This document shows positions 7,817 through 8,262 of a stretch of DNA of 8,262 nucleotides, in pieces; the stretch's first letter is position 1, and each line of letters opens with the position of its first letter. This DNA is from Candidatus Saccharimonadota bacterium. GTDB lineage: Bacteria > Pseudomonadota > Gammaproteobacteria > Enterobacterales > Enterobacteriaceae. A program made the translations under genes and the position numbers. The notes below the pieces were generated by a model. It did not search any database and was not told the DNA's origin. It was given only the letters and a program-made list of their open reading frames with translations. The stretch is taken from assembly GCF_012571345.1 (NCBI RefSeq), contig NZ_CP046218.1, forward strand, positions 46,906 through 55,167, given 5' to 3'.

Positions 7817-8128
7817 ATGAACACTATAAAGATATTTACACGTGCGCACATAGGGAAAAAACATAATAAAATATTACGTATAAATAATAAATTTCCTGCT
7901 ATTATTTATGGTAATAATATTAGTAATATATGTATTTATATATATAATAAAGATATTCTAAATATTAAATTAATAGATTTTATGTTTTCTAAAAATAAAT
8001 GTATTTATTTAATTGGCTATAATAATAATACAATTACTGCTAAAATACTAAATATACAATATCATCCTTATAAAAATAAAATATACCATATAGATTTTTT
8101 ATACATTACTGGTTTAATAACAAATTAA
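7817..8128 (+). CDS. rplY: 50S ribosomal protein L25 (short, Enterobacterales type)
   Basis: The N-terminus is in the same register as E. coli L25 (..R.NNKFPAIIYG versus RAANKFPAIIYG at the same offset). The C-terminal core Q.HPYK.K..HIDF matches QRHPYKPKLQHIDF. The middle is strongly diverged and I/N/K/Y-rich. Length 103 aa versus 94. It is small, basic, and 26 nt downstream of pfkA. Confidence 0.85.
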   Translation: MNTIKIFTRAHIGKKHNKILRINNKFPAIIYGNNISNICIYIYNKDILNIKLIDFMFSKNKCIYLIGYNNNTITAKILNIQYHPYKNKIYHIDFLYITGLITN

Positions 8129-8166
8129 GCATAATAATATTATATGATATAACCATAGTAATAAAA

Positions 8167-8262
8167 TTATAATCCTAAAACATCGTTCATACTATATATG
8201 CCATTTTTATTAACATGCGATAACCATATAGCAGCTTGTAATACACCTTTAGCAAAAGGAAT
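8167..8262 (-). CDS. dapB: 4-hydroxy-tetrahydrodipicolinate reductase (DapB), last 31 codons only; the rest lies beyond the right edge
   Basis: Not in the supplied ORF track. The reverse complement of 8262..8167 reads IPFAKGVLQAAIWLSHVNKNGIYSMNDVLGL then stop (TAA; TTA on the + strand at 8167-8169). This matches the E. coli DapB C-terminus [30 protein letters not shown](NNL) in the pattern FA.G....A.WLS....G....M.DVL.L. It is short, so the identification rests on one motif block. Confidence 0.78.
   Translation of the reverse strand: MPFAKGVLQAAIWLSHVNKNGIYSMNDVLGL

Noticed and set aside
8134-8143. 10 bp palindrome ATAATATTAT between rplY and dapB as a possible bidirectional terminator
   Set aside because: It is composed only of A and T and is too short for a stable stem. 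There is no flanking T-tract logic beyond the background composition, and such palindromes are expected by chance at this AT content.
1-8262. Alternative genetic code (UGA as Trp, as in some tiny symbiont genomes)
   Set aside because: All ten genes give full-length, colinear orthologues under the standard code. Conserved Trp positions (for example EWRLPG in LeuC, NWENP in GlyQ, VEWP in GlyS) use TGG. No gene needs read-through of TGA.
1-8262. A novel defence, toxin, mobile or CRISPR-like system, as the prompt suggested might be present
   Set aside because: Every ORF over 100 aa is a confidently recognisable housekeeping orthologue. Unassigned sequence totals only about 430 bp, split into eight short AT-rich spacers. 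There are no repeat arrays, inverted terminal repeats, integrase or transposase fragments, or orphan genes. Claiming a new system here would not be supported by the sequence.

Overview
This window is extremely AT-rich (roughly 20% G+C by eye, not computed) and about 95% coding. It has the hallmarks of a genome-reduced, Enterobacterales-derived obligate insect endosymbiont (Buchnera-like), but the exact taxon cannot be assigned from sequence alone. I can support ten protein genes, all clear orthologues of well-known E. coli housekeeping or nutrient-provisioning proteins. On the + strand: leuC (3' part, cut by the left edge), leuD, adk and dapA. On the - strand: glyS and glyQ. On the + strand again: fieF, pfkA and rplY. 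The last 31 codons of dapB lie on the - strand at the right edge and are absent from the supplied ORF track. All genes are intact under the standard code. Spacers are tiny (4-38 bp), apart from a 103 bp spacer before dapA and a 184 bp divergent glyQ/fieF spacer. I see no rRNA, tRNA or ncRNA genes, CRISPR, mobile elements, repeat families, GC-rich terminator hairpins, or toxin or defence loci. I do not find evidence for a novel biological system here; this looks like ordinary endosymbiont core genome. The items worth a second look are modest. (1) DapA has substitutions in the lysine feedback pocket while its catalytic residues are intact. (2) dapA and glyS converge and overlap by 9 bp with no terminator. 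(3) A statistically unexpected stop-free run lies upstream of glyQ across the divergent spacer. (4) leuCD is fused directly to adk within a mosaic of loci that are unlinked in E. coli. (5) A fully liganded fieF metal exporter is retained. (6) Several in-frame A/T 8-9 homopolymers sit inside genes.
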